Source: Nitrospirota bacterium (GTDB lineage: Bacteria > Nitrospirota > JACRHJ01). From it: a DNA stretch of 64,000 nucleotides. Numbering within the stretch: the first letter of the stretch is position 1; each line of letters begins with the position of its first letter. The translations under genes were made by a program, and so were the position numbers. Below are positions 51,907-64,000 of this stretch, in pieces. Under the pieces are notes generated by a model. That model was given only the letters and a program-made list of their open reading frames with translations. It did no database searches and was not told where the DNA came from. Where the stretch lies: assembly GCA_963733375.1 (NCBI GenBank), contig CAVTDB010000003.1, positions 192,001 through 256,000 on the forward strand. The letters run 5' to 3'.

Positions 51907-52818
51907 ATGCAGATTGGGATGATCGGCCTGGGCAAGATGGGCGCGAACATGACCCGCAGGCTTCTACAGGGCGGTCATGCGGCGGTGGTTTTCGACCTCT
52001 CGCCTGAAAATGTAGAGGCCCTTGCAGGTGAAGGGGCGGAGCCGTCTTCCTCGCTGGAAGATTTGGTCGGCAAACTTGCCCCGCCGCGCGCGGTATGGAT
52101 CATGCTCCCCGCCGGAAAACCGGTCGACGACACCATTAATTCGCTTAAAGGGCTCCTGTCGAAGGATGACGTAATCATCGAGGGGGGTAACAGCTTCTAT
52201 AAAGATTCACTCCGGCAGGAAGCCTTCGTCAAAGACGCCGGCATCGGCTTCCTGGACGCCGGAGTGTCGAGCGGCATCTGGGGTCTTGAGAAGGGATACT
52301 GCCTGATGATAGGCGGGGAAAAAAATTTATTCGACCGGCTGACGCCGATATTCGAAACTCTCGCCCCGAAGGACGGGTTCATGCACTGCGGGCCGACGGG
52401 CGCGGGTCATTTCATAAAGATGGTGCATAACGGGATAGAGTACGCGCTTATGGCCGCATACGGCGAGGGTTTCGAGCTGGTGAAAAAATCCCCGTACGGA
52501 GATATAAATTTCGAAAGGCTGGCAAGCCTGTGGAACCACGGGAGCATCATACAGTCATGGCTTCTGGAGTTCGCGGAGATGGCGTTCAAAAAACACGGCG
52601 ACCTGTCTGACATAGAAGGGTACGTCGCGGACTCCGGCGAAGGCAGATGGACGGTGCAGCAGGCCGTGGATTTCGCGGTGCACGCGCCGCTTATCTCCGG
52701 CGCCCTCTTCCAGAGGTTCCGCTCCCGCGAGAAGGAATGTTTCGCGGACAGGCTGCTTGCGGCGCTGCGGGACGAGTTCGGAGGCCACGGCTTCAAAAAA
52801 AGCGGGTCCTCTACATGA
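51907..52818 (+). CDS. gnd: 6-phosphogluconate dehydrogenase (short type)
   Basis: GLGKMG, GHFIKMVHNGIEY, DSGEGRWTV, FGGH. Confidence 0.95.
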   Translation: MQIGMIGLGKMGANMTRRLLQGGHAAVVFDLSPENVEALAGEGAEPSSSLEDLVGKLAPPRAVWIMLPAGKPVDDTINSLKGLLSKDDVIIEGGNSFYKDSLRQEAFVKDAGIGFLDAGVSSGIWGLEKGYCLMIGGEKNLFDRLTPIFETLAPKDGFMHCGPTGAGHFIKMVHNGIEYALMAAYGEGFELVKKSPYGDINFERLASLWNHGSIIQSWLLEFAEMAFKKHGDLSDIEGYVADSGEGRWTVQQAVDFAVHAPLISGALFQRFRSREKECFADRLLAALRDEFGGHGFKKSGSST

Positions 52819-53261
52819 AAATAGGAATCTGCGCCGACCACGGCGGCTTCGACCTGAAGGAAAAGCTGAAGACATACCTGGCCGGGCCTGGCCGCGAGGT
52901 GAAGGATTTCGGCGCTAAAATCCTTAAACCGGACGACGACTTCCCGGACTTCGTCGTGCCGCTCGCGCGCGCGGTGGCTTCGGGCGAGGTAGAAAAGGGC
53001 ATTGCCGTATGCGGGAGCGGGGTAGGCGCGGCGGTCGCGGCGAATAAAGTGCCCGGCGCACGCGCGGCCCTTATCACCGACGCGTTCTCCGCGCACCAGG
53101 GAGTCGAGGACGACGACATGAACATAATCTGCCTGGGCGGCAGGGTCACAGGGTATGAGCTGGCAAGGGACCTGGTTGATATCTTCCTGAACGCGAAATT
53201 CGCGGGCGAAGAACGATTCCTGCGCAGGCTTTCCAAAATAGCGCGGCTGGAGAAGCGATGA
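52815..53261 (+). CDS. rpiB: Ribose-5-phosphate isomerase B
   Basis: ADHGGF, CGSGVG, ANKVPGARAA, RFLRRL. Confidence 0.92.
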   Translation: MKIGICADHGGFDLKEKLKTYLAGPGREVKDFGAKILKPDDDFPDFVVPLARAVASGEVEKGIAVCGSGVGAAVAANKVPGARAALITDAFSAHQGVEDDDMNIICLGGRVTGYELARDLVDIFLNAKFAGEERFLRRLSKIARLEKR

Positions 53262-54820
53262 GCGAGACAGATAAGCCGCCGGAGGGGACAGGCAGTATGC
53301 AGGGTGGAACCCCGCCCGAAGGACACCTGCAAGATTGAGAAGCCCGCCCCGGCGTGCATCGTCATCTTCGGCGCGACCGGCGACCTCTCCACAAGAAAGC
53401 TCGTGCCGTCGCTCTACCGGCTCTTCGCCGACGGACTTCTGCCGGACGAGTTCCTTATACTCGGCGTTTCCCGGACAGAGATGGACGACGACGCCTTCCG
53501 GAAAATAATGGAAGAAGCGGTCGGCCGCTCCCTGCCGGAAAAATTCTCTCCCGAGGCCTGGGACGAAATTCTCCGGCAGGCTCTTCTATGAAACCGTCGC
53601 GGACGTGAATTCCGAAGAGTCCTTCAGGCAGCTCCCCTCGCGTCTTGGGCCGCTTGAGAAGAAGTTCGGCACCTGCGGCAACCGCATATTCTACATGGCG
53701 ATCCCGCCGTCGGTCTATGAGACCGTGATACGCCACCTCGGGACCAGCGGCCTGTCTTCGGAGGAAAACGGCTACTCCCGCATAGTGGTGGAAAAGCCTT
53801 TCGGTTACGACATCAGCTCTTCCAGGCATTTAAACAGCGTCATAACGGAGTCGTTCACCGAGGCCCAGACCTTCCGGATGGACCATTACCTCGCGAAGGA
53901 GAACGTCCAGAACATCCTGATGTTCCGGTTCGCGAACTCGATATTCGAGCCGCTGTGGAACCGCAGGTACATAGACCATGTCGAGATCACCATCTCCGAG
54001 ACCCTGGGGGTGGAGCACAGGGCCGATTACTACGAGGGCGCGGGGGTGCTCCGGGATATGTTCCAGAACCACATCCTGCAACTCCTTTCCCTGACGGCGA
54101 TGGAGCCTCCGGCCATCTTCACGGCCGACAGGGTGCGCGAGGAAAAGGCGAAGGTGTTAAGGTCTATCCGGCCCATACCGCTCGACAAGCTCGACGAGTA
54201 CGTCGCCCTGGGGCAGTACGGGGCGGGGACGGTGGAAGGGAAAGAAGTCCCGGCTTACAAAGACGAGCCGGGCGTGGATAAGAAATCAAAGACGGCGACA
54301 TACGGCGCCATGAAACTCTACATAGACAACTGGCGCTGGAGCGGCGTGCCTTTTTACATGCGCTCCGGGAAAAGGCTCTCGGCTTCGAAAGCGGAGATAG
54401 CCATAACATATAAGACGGTCCCGCATCTGATGTTCTCCCACCTCCTGCCGGACAGGATAGACCCGAGCAACCTTGTGCTGCGGGTCCAGCCGGACGAGGG
54501 CATAAGCCTCCAGTTCCAGACCAAGATGCCGGAATCGCGCGCCTGCCTTCAGCCGGTGCTGATGGACTTCACATATGAGAAAATCTACCTGCTGGACGCA
54601 TACGAGAGGGTGCTCCTGGACACCATGACGGGCGACCAGATGCTCTTTGTAAGCGGGGAGATAGAGGAGCTGACCTGGGGACTTCTCACCCCGGTGATAG
54701 AGCGGCTGGACGGGATGAAAGGGAGGTTGAACTTCCCGAACTACGCCGCCGGTTCAAGCGGGCCGAAAGAGGCCGAGGAACTGATGTCGCGGGACGGGCG
54801 GCAGTGGCGCGGGCTCGTAA
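53258..54820 (+). CDS. zwf: Glucose-6-phosphate dehydrogenase (frameshifted)
   Basis: [39 protein letters not shown]. Confidence 0.95.
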
Positions 54821-54825
54821 GATTA

Positions 54826-56068
54826 TCATCCCACTGCTATCCTGTCTTCCGAGCCGTGATGCAGGCCCACCATCAGGGTCAAATGCTCTCTTAACTGCCT
54901 CGTCAGAAGAAAGTTCTGGCGCACGTACTCCCTCGCATTCCTCCCCATCTCCTCCCGTTTTTCCTTGTTCAGGAGGAGGTAGCGGATGCGCAGGGCCGCC
55001 CCTTCGGGCGTGGTTACCAGAAAGCCCGTGTGGTGGTCGACTACCTGTATCCTGATGCCGCCGGTGTTGCCGCCGATTACCGGCTTCCCCTTCCAGAGCC
55101 CCTCGGTCACCGTAAGCCCGAAGCCTTCCCGTATGGATTTCTGCACCACGATGTCCGCCACGCGCTGAAGGGCGTTGATTGTCCGGTGCGCGTCCGCGGG
55201 CAGGAGCAGGACGTGCACGTCCGGGTCATCCCCGGCCGCCTCCTGGACCTCGTGAAGGACCACCTCCCCTTCCGGGTCGTCGGTGGCGCCGCCGCCCGCT
55301 AAAACGAGCTGAAGGCCCGGCGCGAACTTCTTGGCCAGGCGGTATGCCTTTATCACCCCGACCGGGTCCTTGAACCGGTCGAACCGGGAGACCTGCACGA
55401 TAATCGGGCGGCCGCGGTCCAGGTTGAACATCTCGCTGACGCGGCTCAGCTCCTCTTCCGGCAGGTCCACGTTCTTTTCGGAAAGCGGGTCTATGGACGG
55501 CGGGATAATATACTGGGGGTGCGGCAGCGACTGCGAGAACTCGGCCAGGGAGAAGACGCTCGTATCGTACTGCGCCACGAACCTGCGGAGGTAGTTCCAT
55601 ACCGGCCTGTACGGCTGGGATGCGTCTATATGGCAGCGCCACACCCACTTCCCCTTGCGGTTCGGGAAGTATTTGATAAGCGGCGCGGGCTGGGGGTCGT
55701 GTATAAAGACGACGTCCGCATCTTCCAGTGCTGGCCCTCATCCTGTCGGCGTTTTGCTGGTTCGTCTTCTCGAACTCCTTAAGGAGCCTCTCCGGGATCA
55801 CTACCGGGTTCCCCTGCAATGCGTTATGAAAGCTTTTAGTGCACTGGTAGAAATCCTTTTCGCCGTTTATTACTTCCCATTCGGAAACAAAACCCAGCTC
55901 CTGCTGGAGCGGGATGAGCCGGTAAAGTATTTCGGCGACTCCCCCTCCCTCGCGGGTCGAGTTGACATGCACCACCTTCATCCCTTTCAAAGAAGCCGAG
56001 AGCTGCTTTAAATGGGAGATGGTATCCTCGCCCACCACCTTCGCGTATGCGTCAAGCAGCCCGCTCAT
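54826..56068 (-). CDS. treT: TreT-like GT4 trehalose synthase (frameshifted)
   Basis: HVNSTREGGGVAE, WRCHID, SIDPLSEKN, SRFDRFKDP, EGFGLTVTE. Confidence 0.85.
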
Positions 56069-56729
56069 TTTCTCCCCCCTCTGAAAAAAAACCGTTAAAG
56101 ATGTTCACAATTTTTTCCTTCAGTTCGGTCAGTGGAGATGAAGTACGGGTCCAGCCCCGCGAGCAGGTCGATAAGCGGCCTGAATTCATCGCCGTATTCC
56201 ATCAGCCATTCGCGGAAGTCGTCCACGCGGTCTTTCGTCCTTTTGCGCGCGTCCACGAAATGGAAAAAAAATCGACGACGGGGTCATCAGCGGCGCGGCG
56301 GCGGCCAGCTGGGACGGGTGTTCTATGGTCACGTCCGGTATCGAATATCACTATCTGTGAGCGGATGAACATGAACGGCCTGTCCGCATGTAAGAGCCTC
56401 AGCTTCTCGCTCTCCTCCAGCCTGTCCGAGGTCACCTCCACCACTTGCTGCCTTAAGTCCTCTAAGTCGTCGAAATCGGTCGGGTCTATAACGGAAAGCC
56501 TTTCCGCGAGCGCCTCGTCATGGAGGCCGTGCGCGCTCCTGGCCCAGTTCGCAAAGTCGTTGTTGTACTCCCGGAGGTCGAATGCGGGCCTCAGCAGCTC
56601 TCCCCAGAAATGGTAATAGATGCTCCCGGGGTGCACCGTCATAAGCTGGTCCCGGAGTTCCCTTAAGTTATGCGCGCGCACGCCGGTCGCGATGGCGGCC
56701 AGCGCGCAGTCTTTTATTGCGAATGCCAT
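56065..56729 (-). CDS. DUF5752-like protein (frameshifted)
   Basis: SIYYHF, YNNDFANW, LAERLSVIDP; upstream of treT. Confidence 0.75.
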
Positions 56730-56927
56730 TCTCGCTCTCCTTTAAGTTCACGCCCTCCCCGAATGAGTTTAGTCTACGCCGCCTTTTTTAATTATACCCA
56801 ATTTTCCCCGCTTCCGCCGGAAGCCTTAAAGCGCGCTCCGAGGCTCCTTTTGACGCCGCATTATCGGGGTGTTAGACTTTTTTAAGAACGGATTTGGTAC
56901 AGCAACGAGTGGGACTATTCATGCCGG

Positions 56928-57728
56928 ATGGTAAGGAGAGGCCGCGCGGATGCCGGGCGTGGAAGTAGGCGCGCTTCGGCAGGCGTCATAAATATTTTCG
57001 TCGGTACCTCGGGCTGGAACTACAAGCACTGGAAGGGCCCTTTTTATCCGGAGGGCATAAAGGACCGGGAGATGCTGGAATTTTACGGCCGCTCTTTCTC
57101 CACGGTAGAGCTGAATAACTCGTTTTATCACCTGCCGAGTGAGAAGAGCGTCGATAACTGGCGGGACGCTACGCCGGATAATTTTATTTTCGCCGTCAAG
57201 GCCAGCCGGTTTATAACCCACATAAAAAGGCTGAAGGACTGCGAAGAGCCGCTCAAAACGCTGATAGACCGGATGAGCGGTTTGGATAAGAAACTTGGCC
57301 CGATACTCTTCCAGACCCCGCCCGTGCTTAAGTTCGACCCCGGCAAACTGAAGGAGTTCATCTCGGTCCTGCCCAGGGGATTCCGCTACGTCTTCGAGTT
57401 CAGGAATCCGGGCTGGGTAAATGACGAAACCTTTAAAATCCTGGCCGATAAAAAGATGACCTTCTGCGTTTACGATTTCAACGGCTATTTTACCCCCTGG
57501 GAAATCACGTCGGACCTGGTGTACTTCCGCCTGCACGGCCCGGCCGGAAACTACGCCGGCTCATATCCCGACAGCCTCTTAAGTGAACTTGCGGCGGCTT
57601 TCAGGAAATACGCGCGTGAAGGGCGAGCGGTCTTCTGCTACTTCGACAACGACAATGCGGGCTATGCCGCTTTAAACGCGCTGACCCTTAAAGGCCTTAT
57701 CGAAAGGGCCGGGGCCCGCGCGGCCTAA
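56928..57728 (+). CDS. DUF72 family protein (start uncertain)
   Basis: VGTSGWNY, VELNNSFY, KASRFITH, YFRLHG, YFDND. Confidence 0.92.
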   Translation: MVRRGRADAGRGSRRASAGVINIFVGTSGWNYKHWKGPFYPEGIKDREMLEFYGRSFSTVELNNSFYHLPSEKSVDNWRDATPDNFIFAVKASRFITHIKRLKDCEEPLKTLIDRMSGLDKKLGPILFQTPPVLKFDPGKLKEFISVLPRGFRYVFEFRNPGWVNDETFKILADKKMTFCVYDFNGYFTPWEITSDLVYFRLHGPAGNYAGSYPDSLLSELAAAFRKYAREGRAVFCYFDNDNAGYAALNALTLKGLIERAGARAA

Positions 57729-60700
57729 GCCGGTGACCAGCACGGCTACCGGGAAATCGCGGAGCGCGTCCTCAAGGGGAATCCAGGGCTTTTCTTCCCT
57801 GATTAATATCCCGACCGTCTCACCCGTTAAAATATTCCTATATTCCTTCACCGCCTCTGAAGGCGCCTCCACCGCCGTCTTCGCCCAGACGCCCGCGCCG
57901 ACGGGAGGGTCCTGTATCTCTGTCAGAGGGTAAAAAAGACGCGGCGCGATAACTACGGCAGAGTCTTCTTGCACGCGTCCTTGCGAAGGCGCAGACGTGG
58001 GCCGCTCGCGGCCCTTCCGCGTTCAGCTTCAGGTAGTCGCCCTCCTTGAAAAGCAGTTCCTGCTCGCGTCTGAATGACAATACACGCCAGGTCAGGTACA
58101 TTTTGATCCGGCCGTCTTCCATATCCGACATAATCTCGCGCAGGCCCTCAAGCGTCCCGGAAGGCTGGGCGAACAGCCGCCTAAGGCAGTCCAGCATCTC
58201 GCGGCGTTTTCCGTAATCCACCTGCCTCCTGTTGTCGGGGTCCACTAAATTGAAATTCCACAGCTCGTCGCCCTGGTATATATCCGGCATTCCCGGGCAG
58301 GTGAATTTCAGAAGCGACTGCGACAGGCTGTTGAACATCCCCAGCCGGGAAATTTTCTTATGGAACTGTATAAAGTCCTCGACGAAGATATTCTTTCTCT
58401 GCCGGGTCAGCGCATACCTCACGAAATCCACCAGCGCCTGCTCGTAGTCCGGGTTCGGGTTTATCCAGCTCATATGCACCTTGGCCTCGCGCGCCGCCTT
58501 TATCATATAAGCCGAAACCCGCTCCTCGAAATCCGCCATCTCCCGCCAGCGGTTCTCCAGGCGGTACGCCCGGCGGCCACGCGCCAACGAGCGTCTGATA
58601 AAACATATACTCGTCGTTCCTGCTTGGGGCCATTTTCCCGTCCACTTTCCTTTTCCCTTTTTCGTTCAGCTTGCTCCACCGGGCGACCCGGTCCCGCCAC
58701 TCGGCGGGAAGCTCACTCAGCGCCATAAGGCGCATCCGCACGTCCGCGCTACGTTTACTGTCGTGCGTGGAAGTTGCGAGCATGGAATGGGGAAACCGCT
58801 TCGCCCTCTCCATGTTCGCATGGTGGAACGCCTGGACCGAGACGCCGAAACGGGACGGGTCGCCTCCCACTTCGTTCAGCGAGACCAGGCGGTTATATAT
58901 ATAAAATGCGGTGTCTTCCAGGCCCTTGGCGGTAACGGGGCTGGTGAACTGCTGAAGCTTCATCACGAACCGGGCCGCCGACTCCTTGAAAATATTCAGT
59001 CCGGGATTCCCGCATGTCCGGAAAGCATCACGTCCCTTAAGAAATCGAACACGCTCACGTCCGCCGTCCGGGTGCGCTTCCTTGCCAGGTTAACCGCCCA
59101 GTCCACGTGCATCCTGTCTTCCTGGGTTATAACCTGCCCGCTGATATAGGTGCGGTAAACGGGGAAGCAGGCGACCGTCTCCTTTATGGCGTCCCGGAGG
59201 CTATTCAACGTGAAATCGCGGGTATGCCTGTCGGAGTCGGATATCCGGGAGAGCATGTTCGCAAGCACGTTAAGCTCGGAAGCCAGCGCCACCTTCATGA
59301 TAAGTTTTTTGCGCTCGTACGTGAGCATATCCCAGTCTATGTTATGGCCTATGAGACGGGCATAGACGCGGTCCAGCTTCTTCTCGGCGTCCTGGTTTAC
59401 GAATATCCCGTCAACTAAGCGCATGAAGTCGTAACCGGTCGTGCCGTGGACCGGCCAGTCCTCGGGCAGGTGTTCGTGTCCCGCCAGAATTTTTTCCGCC
59501 ACGACGTACCCGGGCTTCCCGCGGCCCTCTTCCAGAAGCATCCTGCCCAGCTCCGGCTCACCCGCACGGGCGGCCAATGATTCCGCGACCCTTTCCTGAA
59601 GCCGCTGAAAATACTCCAGCGGGTTTTGAAGCCCGTCCGGGTGGTCCACCCGAAGGCCCTGCACCTTCCCCTCGGCGATGAGCTTCAAGACCAGCTCATG
59701 GGTCTTCTCGAAAACCTCGATGTTTTCCGTCCTGAGTCCCGCCAGGTCGTTTATGTCGAAGAACCTGCGGTAGTTTATCTCGTCGGATGCTACCCTCCAG
59801 CAGGCCAGGCGGTACGCCTGCTTCTCCAGCAGTTCGTGCAGCAGGTCGAAGCTCTCCGGCCTCTCCGGGGAGCCTTCGTATTCCCGCATGTTCGCATCTA
59901 AGAACGATGCTATCTCGGCGAGAGGAAGAATAAACCTCCGCGAGCTGTTTCTTGTATATCTCCTTGTCCCGGTTCCTCTCCATCAGGCGCTGGGTATTTT
60001 TTTCCCTCTGCGCCGGGAGGTGGCCAAACGAAGTTATCAGGCTCTGAAACTCCAAAAGTACGGGGTTGTCCGGGCCAAGGCGCCCTCAAGCCCGTTTATG
60101 CCGCGGCCCAGGATGGAAGGATACTGCATCGGGTCTATGGGAAAACGGTGGTTCCAGTAATATACCGAAAACTCGCCCCGCCGGGGATCGAAGACCAGTT
60201 TTAATTCCCCCTTCTCAAGGACGTTCCCGTACTGGTCGTCCAGCACCGGGACATGTACCTTCCCCCGGAGTTCGGGTTTCCCCGGCTGCCAGTCTATGTC
60301 GAAAAAACCGGCATATACCGAAGCCTGCCCGTTCTCCAGCACGTCCAGCCACAAGAGGTTGTCGTCCCCCATCACCGCCATGTGGTTCGGCACCAGGTCC
60401 ATCACCTGGCCCATGCCGTGGTCTTTCAGCGCCCCCGCGAACCTCTCATATTCCTCCCAGGAGCCGATCTCCGGGTTGAGGGCGTTATGGTCTATGATGT
60501 CGTAGCCGTGCTGACTGCCCTTCCGCGTCTTGAAATACGGCGAGCAGTAGCAGTGACTTATCCCAAGCTCGCTTAAGTAGGGGACGATTTCGGCGGCCTG
60601 TACAAAACGGAAACCTCCGTTTAACTGGAGCCTGTATGTCGCGCGGGGATATCTCGCGCCGCAAGGCTTTTAAGCCTGTCCGCCTTAGCCTTCGCCGGAA

Positions 60701-62896
60701 GCGTTCCCCGCTCCTTCCGGAGCATGGACGAAAGCCTCGCCATGAATGCCGAGTCTTTCAAATCGTCTAAGTCCATCGACAGCTTCCTGAGCCAGTTATG
60801 CACCCCCCCGGTTCCAGGGAGGTTTACCTGGTCCGCCTCTTTTGTAACGTCGTCTATGGCGACGGTAAATATTTTGGACGGCGTCCTTGCCAGGTAGGTA
60901 TGGATGGCGAGGATTAAGTCTTCCGACATCTCCGGCACCGTCTTCGGGTCCTCCGTGCTTATCCCCTCCGGCAGAAGGCCCTGGTTCTCCAGCGCGACAA
61001 GGACCGACGTCCTGTCCCTGGCGCGCGCCAGCACCTGCCTCTCCCGCAGGTCGTCCGAGGGAAAGGCGTTATGCTCTTTTCTGAGGAGCAGGTCGCGTCC
61101 CTGCCAGTATCCTATAAGCGTCGGCAGGTCGTGCGTATCGACCACGACCATCGCCTGTTCCGGATACTCCGAGGGCGGCCGGTGCGCCTTCTCGTCCTGC
61201 TCCAGGTAGAATACGCGGTATGAAAATATCCCGTACTCCTTAAGGAGCGGCGGCAGGTAAGCCGGCACGGTGCCCAGGTCCTCCCCGATTATGAGGCACT
61301 TGTTCCTCTGGCTCTCAAGCGCCAGTATCCCGATTAAATCGTCAAGAGGATAATTGACGTAAGCGCCTTCCATCGCGCTTTTGTCCGCCGGCACCCAGAA
61401 GAGCCGGGTGAACGCCATGACGTGGTCGATGCGTAACGCGCCCGTGTTCTTCATGGCCTCGCGCAGCACTTCTATAAAAGGCGCGTAACCTTCTTCCCTC
61501 AGTGCGCCGGGGTTAAACGGCGTGAGATACCATACCTGCCCCTTGAAATTAAAATCGTCCGGCGGAGAACCGATATAACAGCCGTGTGCATGGACGTGCT
61601 GATCCACCCAGGTGTCCGAGCCGTTATGGTAACAGCCGACGGCAAGGTCCTGATAAAGCCCCACGCCGAGCCCCATCTCCATGGAGCGCATGCCCGCCAT
61701 TTCAAGCTGCGCGTGCGCCTGCCACTGCATATACTCGAAATATTCGACCCTCTCCAGGTTCTCTTCCGCGAATTTCTTAACCGCGTCCGAGGAAGGGTCC
61801 CGGTACTCTAGAGGCCAGTCTTTCCAACCGTCCACTTCCGGGTGTTCGAAGATGAACTTTTCGTTTAACGCATCGAACAGGCAGTGCCGAAACAGTTTTT
61901 CGCCCCTGGCGCGCTGGAATTCCCTGAAGGCTTCCGCCGCTTGGAGTCCCGGCATTTAAATGGCCCTGCCCTGAACTGCCGGTACAGCAACTCCAGCATG
62001 GAAAGCTTCGCCTGATAGACCCCGGCATTGTCGAGCATGTCGGATTCCCGGAGCTGGCGGAGCTTCGCCTGGAAATCGGGTGACGAAAAAAGCTCACCGC
62101 GCATCGATGCTTTCGTTAAACTCCTGCACGGCCTCGACGTCTATATACATCACGTTCAAAAACAGCCTGGACGACGGCCCGTATGGGCTTGCCCTTTCCG
62201 GCTTGTGCGGGTACATGGCGTGAAGCGGGTTCACTCCGACCATCGCCGCGCCTTGTCCAGCCCATATTTCGATGAACTCCTTCAGGTCGGTAAAATCGCC
62301 GATGCCCCAGTTGCGTTTGGACTTAAGCGCATAGAGCTGCGTGGAGACGCCCCAGATTTTCCCGTCGCCTTTTAAAGCGTCCGGCAAATAACATGCGGGC
62401 GGTGTTACTATTATCCGGCACCGGCCTTGTTCCTCGCCTTCCTCATCGCTTATATAAAAATCGTGATAGCCTGCCGGGGCCTGTGCGTCGATTTCCAGTA
62501 TGTAGCGGTAATAGTTTTTCCCGCCTGCCTTCCGGATTTCGACAGGCTCGGATGCGAGAGGGCTGAAAATGCCATCAAAGCTCTCGCCCCCCTCAAGCTG
62601 GAAACGCCATTTTAACGGCCGCTCCCGCATATCCTCCTGGAGCGTCACCGTCACGGATATTTTCTGGTTTATCTTGATTACCTGGACGGGCGGAACGGTC
62701 TTCAGCCACGGGCGGTTTTCCATTCTTCCAGCGCCTTGTCCAGGTCTTCCGGGGAATTAACAGGGTAGCCCATGCAGGCCAGGACCGAAGCTTGAGTCTC
62801 CTCGGAAACCGCGTGGAGGTTGCCCCAGATGTCCCAGTACTCGAGGTTTATCCCGCAAAGCCCGGAGAGTTTTCTAAGCTTGTCATTGTCCAGCAT
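57725..62896 (-). CDS. Fused 4-alpha-glucanotransferase (MalQ) - malto-oligosyltrehalose synthase (TreY), several frameshifts
   Basis: MalQ: WGIGDF, ASPY, DLAVG, LRIDH, EDLG, THDLPT; TreY: ATYRLQ, DLVPNHM, NYRRFFD, LRVDHPDG, EKIL, STHDSKR, LVDPDNRR. Confidence 0.88.
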
Positions 62897-64000
62897 CAGG
62901 TCAGCCCCCCCGGCGTTATGGCCTCATTTTCCAAGGAACCAGGCGACCGACCATCGGCGGCATCCTGCCCGAATTCATCTCTTCGATGAGTCCGCACTCC
63001 GACAGGCGCAGCGGCGGATAGCCGGGGAACTCGGGTACGTTTGAGTCCTCCTGCCCCAGGTTGGCGAACGAGGGTAAGCATGCTTCCGTCGTTTAACGTC
63101 CACCAGGCCTTGAAGGCCGTGTCCCCCTGCATTTCGAAACCTGCCCCGTCCACCTTCACGCCTTTGAGTCTTGGAACGATTTCCTTCTTACGGGTTTCTA
63201 TCAGCTCCTTATGCAGCTTATGCCAGAGCGCGTGCTCCGGCTCCGAGAGTTGTTTAAAGTCCAGTATTGCCGACTGGAATGTCCTTTCGTCGGACGGGTC
63301 CGGCATGTCGTCCAAGTTATAGCGCTCCTTGAACATCGGCAGGTCGATGAAGAATTTCAGTCGCCCGTCGGAAATCGCCGGGGCCAGTTCCGGAGATAAA
63401 TCGCTGAAGAACGGGAACGGGCTGTCCGTCATGAACTCCTGGCCCATGAAGATTAGCGGCGGCGCGGGTGAAAGGAGCAGTATCTCCGTTATCGCCCCGA
63501 GCGCCTCCGGCTTTGCCAGCATATTAATGCGGTCGCCCAGCGGCCGGTTACCCACCTGGTCGTGGTTCTGGATAAACGCGACAAACGAAGAAGAATACAA
63601 CTCCCCCGTTTCGCCTCCCCGGTTCTTCTTCCTGTACTCGGACCATTCCCCCTGGTATGCGTAGCCTTCCGTCAGGCTCTTTGCAAGGAAGTAAACCGGC
63701 TTCTCCCTGTAGTCATGGTAATAACCGCTTGTCTCTGTCGTGGCCGACACATGCAGGCAGTGGTGGAGGTCTTCATCCCACATAGCGTTATACAGCCTGG
63801 GCCGCCCCTTATCGTCGCGGCGGAGGTACTCTACCGGGTTGTCGTCGTTCTCCAGTACCAGGTGCTTCCCATATCCCAGGCGTTCACGTATGGTCTTTGC
63901 CATCTCCGTCAAGGAAGTCCGGGCGCGTTTCGTCTATCAGCCAGTCGCTTGCGTCGAACCTTAAGCCGTCGAAGTTATATTCGGTCAGCCAGTAAAGGGC
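62896..64000 (-). CDS. treZ: Malto-oligosyltrehalose trehalohydrolase (partial, frameshifted)
   Basis: FDGLRF, LVLEND, QNHDQVGNR, IFMGQE, FPFF. Confidence 0.9.

Noticed and set aside
13174-63960. Frameshifts in about 20 genes as programmed recoding or mass pseudogenisation
   Set aside because: They hit highly conserved genes (tkt, hemE, glnE, zwf) at scattered sites with no shared slippery motif and otherwise intact motifs; most consistent with uncorrected read indels. The same caution applies to the element 1 transposase.
3143-63964. Numerous long antisense and alternate-frame ORFs in the track
   Set aside because: Expected shadows of GC-rich coding genes; no RBS or family motifs.

Overview
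Bacterial chromosomal window with GC-rich coding DNA. Gene content (GlnE, recA-pilT-recX, multiheme cytochrome, cNOR) suggests a Nitrospirota- or Desulfobacterota-like organism; this is inference only. Positions 1-7961 are an accessory island next to a tRNA-Val(CAC) gene. It holds two different Mu-like (MuA DDE) elements in the same orientation, and the inner one has inserted into and truncated the MuB-like ATPase gene of the outer one. Both elements run off the left edge of the window and share a recognisable end architecture. The rest is mostly housekeeping and metabolism: rlmI, SurA-like PPIase, apbE, a 10-heme cytochrome, a Ni/Co ECF transporter, glnE, norCB, the pgeF-yggS-proC-yggT-divIVA operon, pgpA-cinA-thpR-recA-pilT-recX, citrate synthase, radical SAM-hemE-hemH, a pentose-phosphate operon and trehalose/glycogen genes. 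Solitary AT-rich genes are interspersed (a degenerate dCTP-deaminase + 2TM protein, a DUF4145-like protein), as is a dispersed hairpin/mirror repeat family with triplex-type covariation. About 20 conserved genes carry single-base frameshifts, most likely assembly errors, so split-gene coordinates are approximate. No cas gene or CRISPR array was found.
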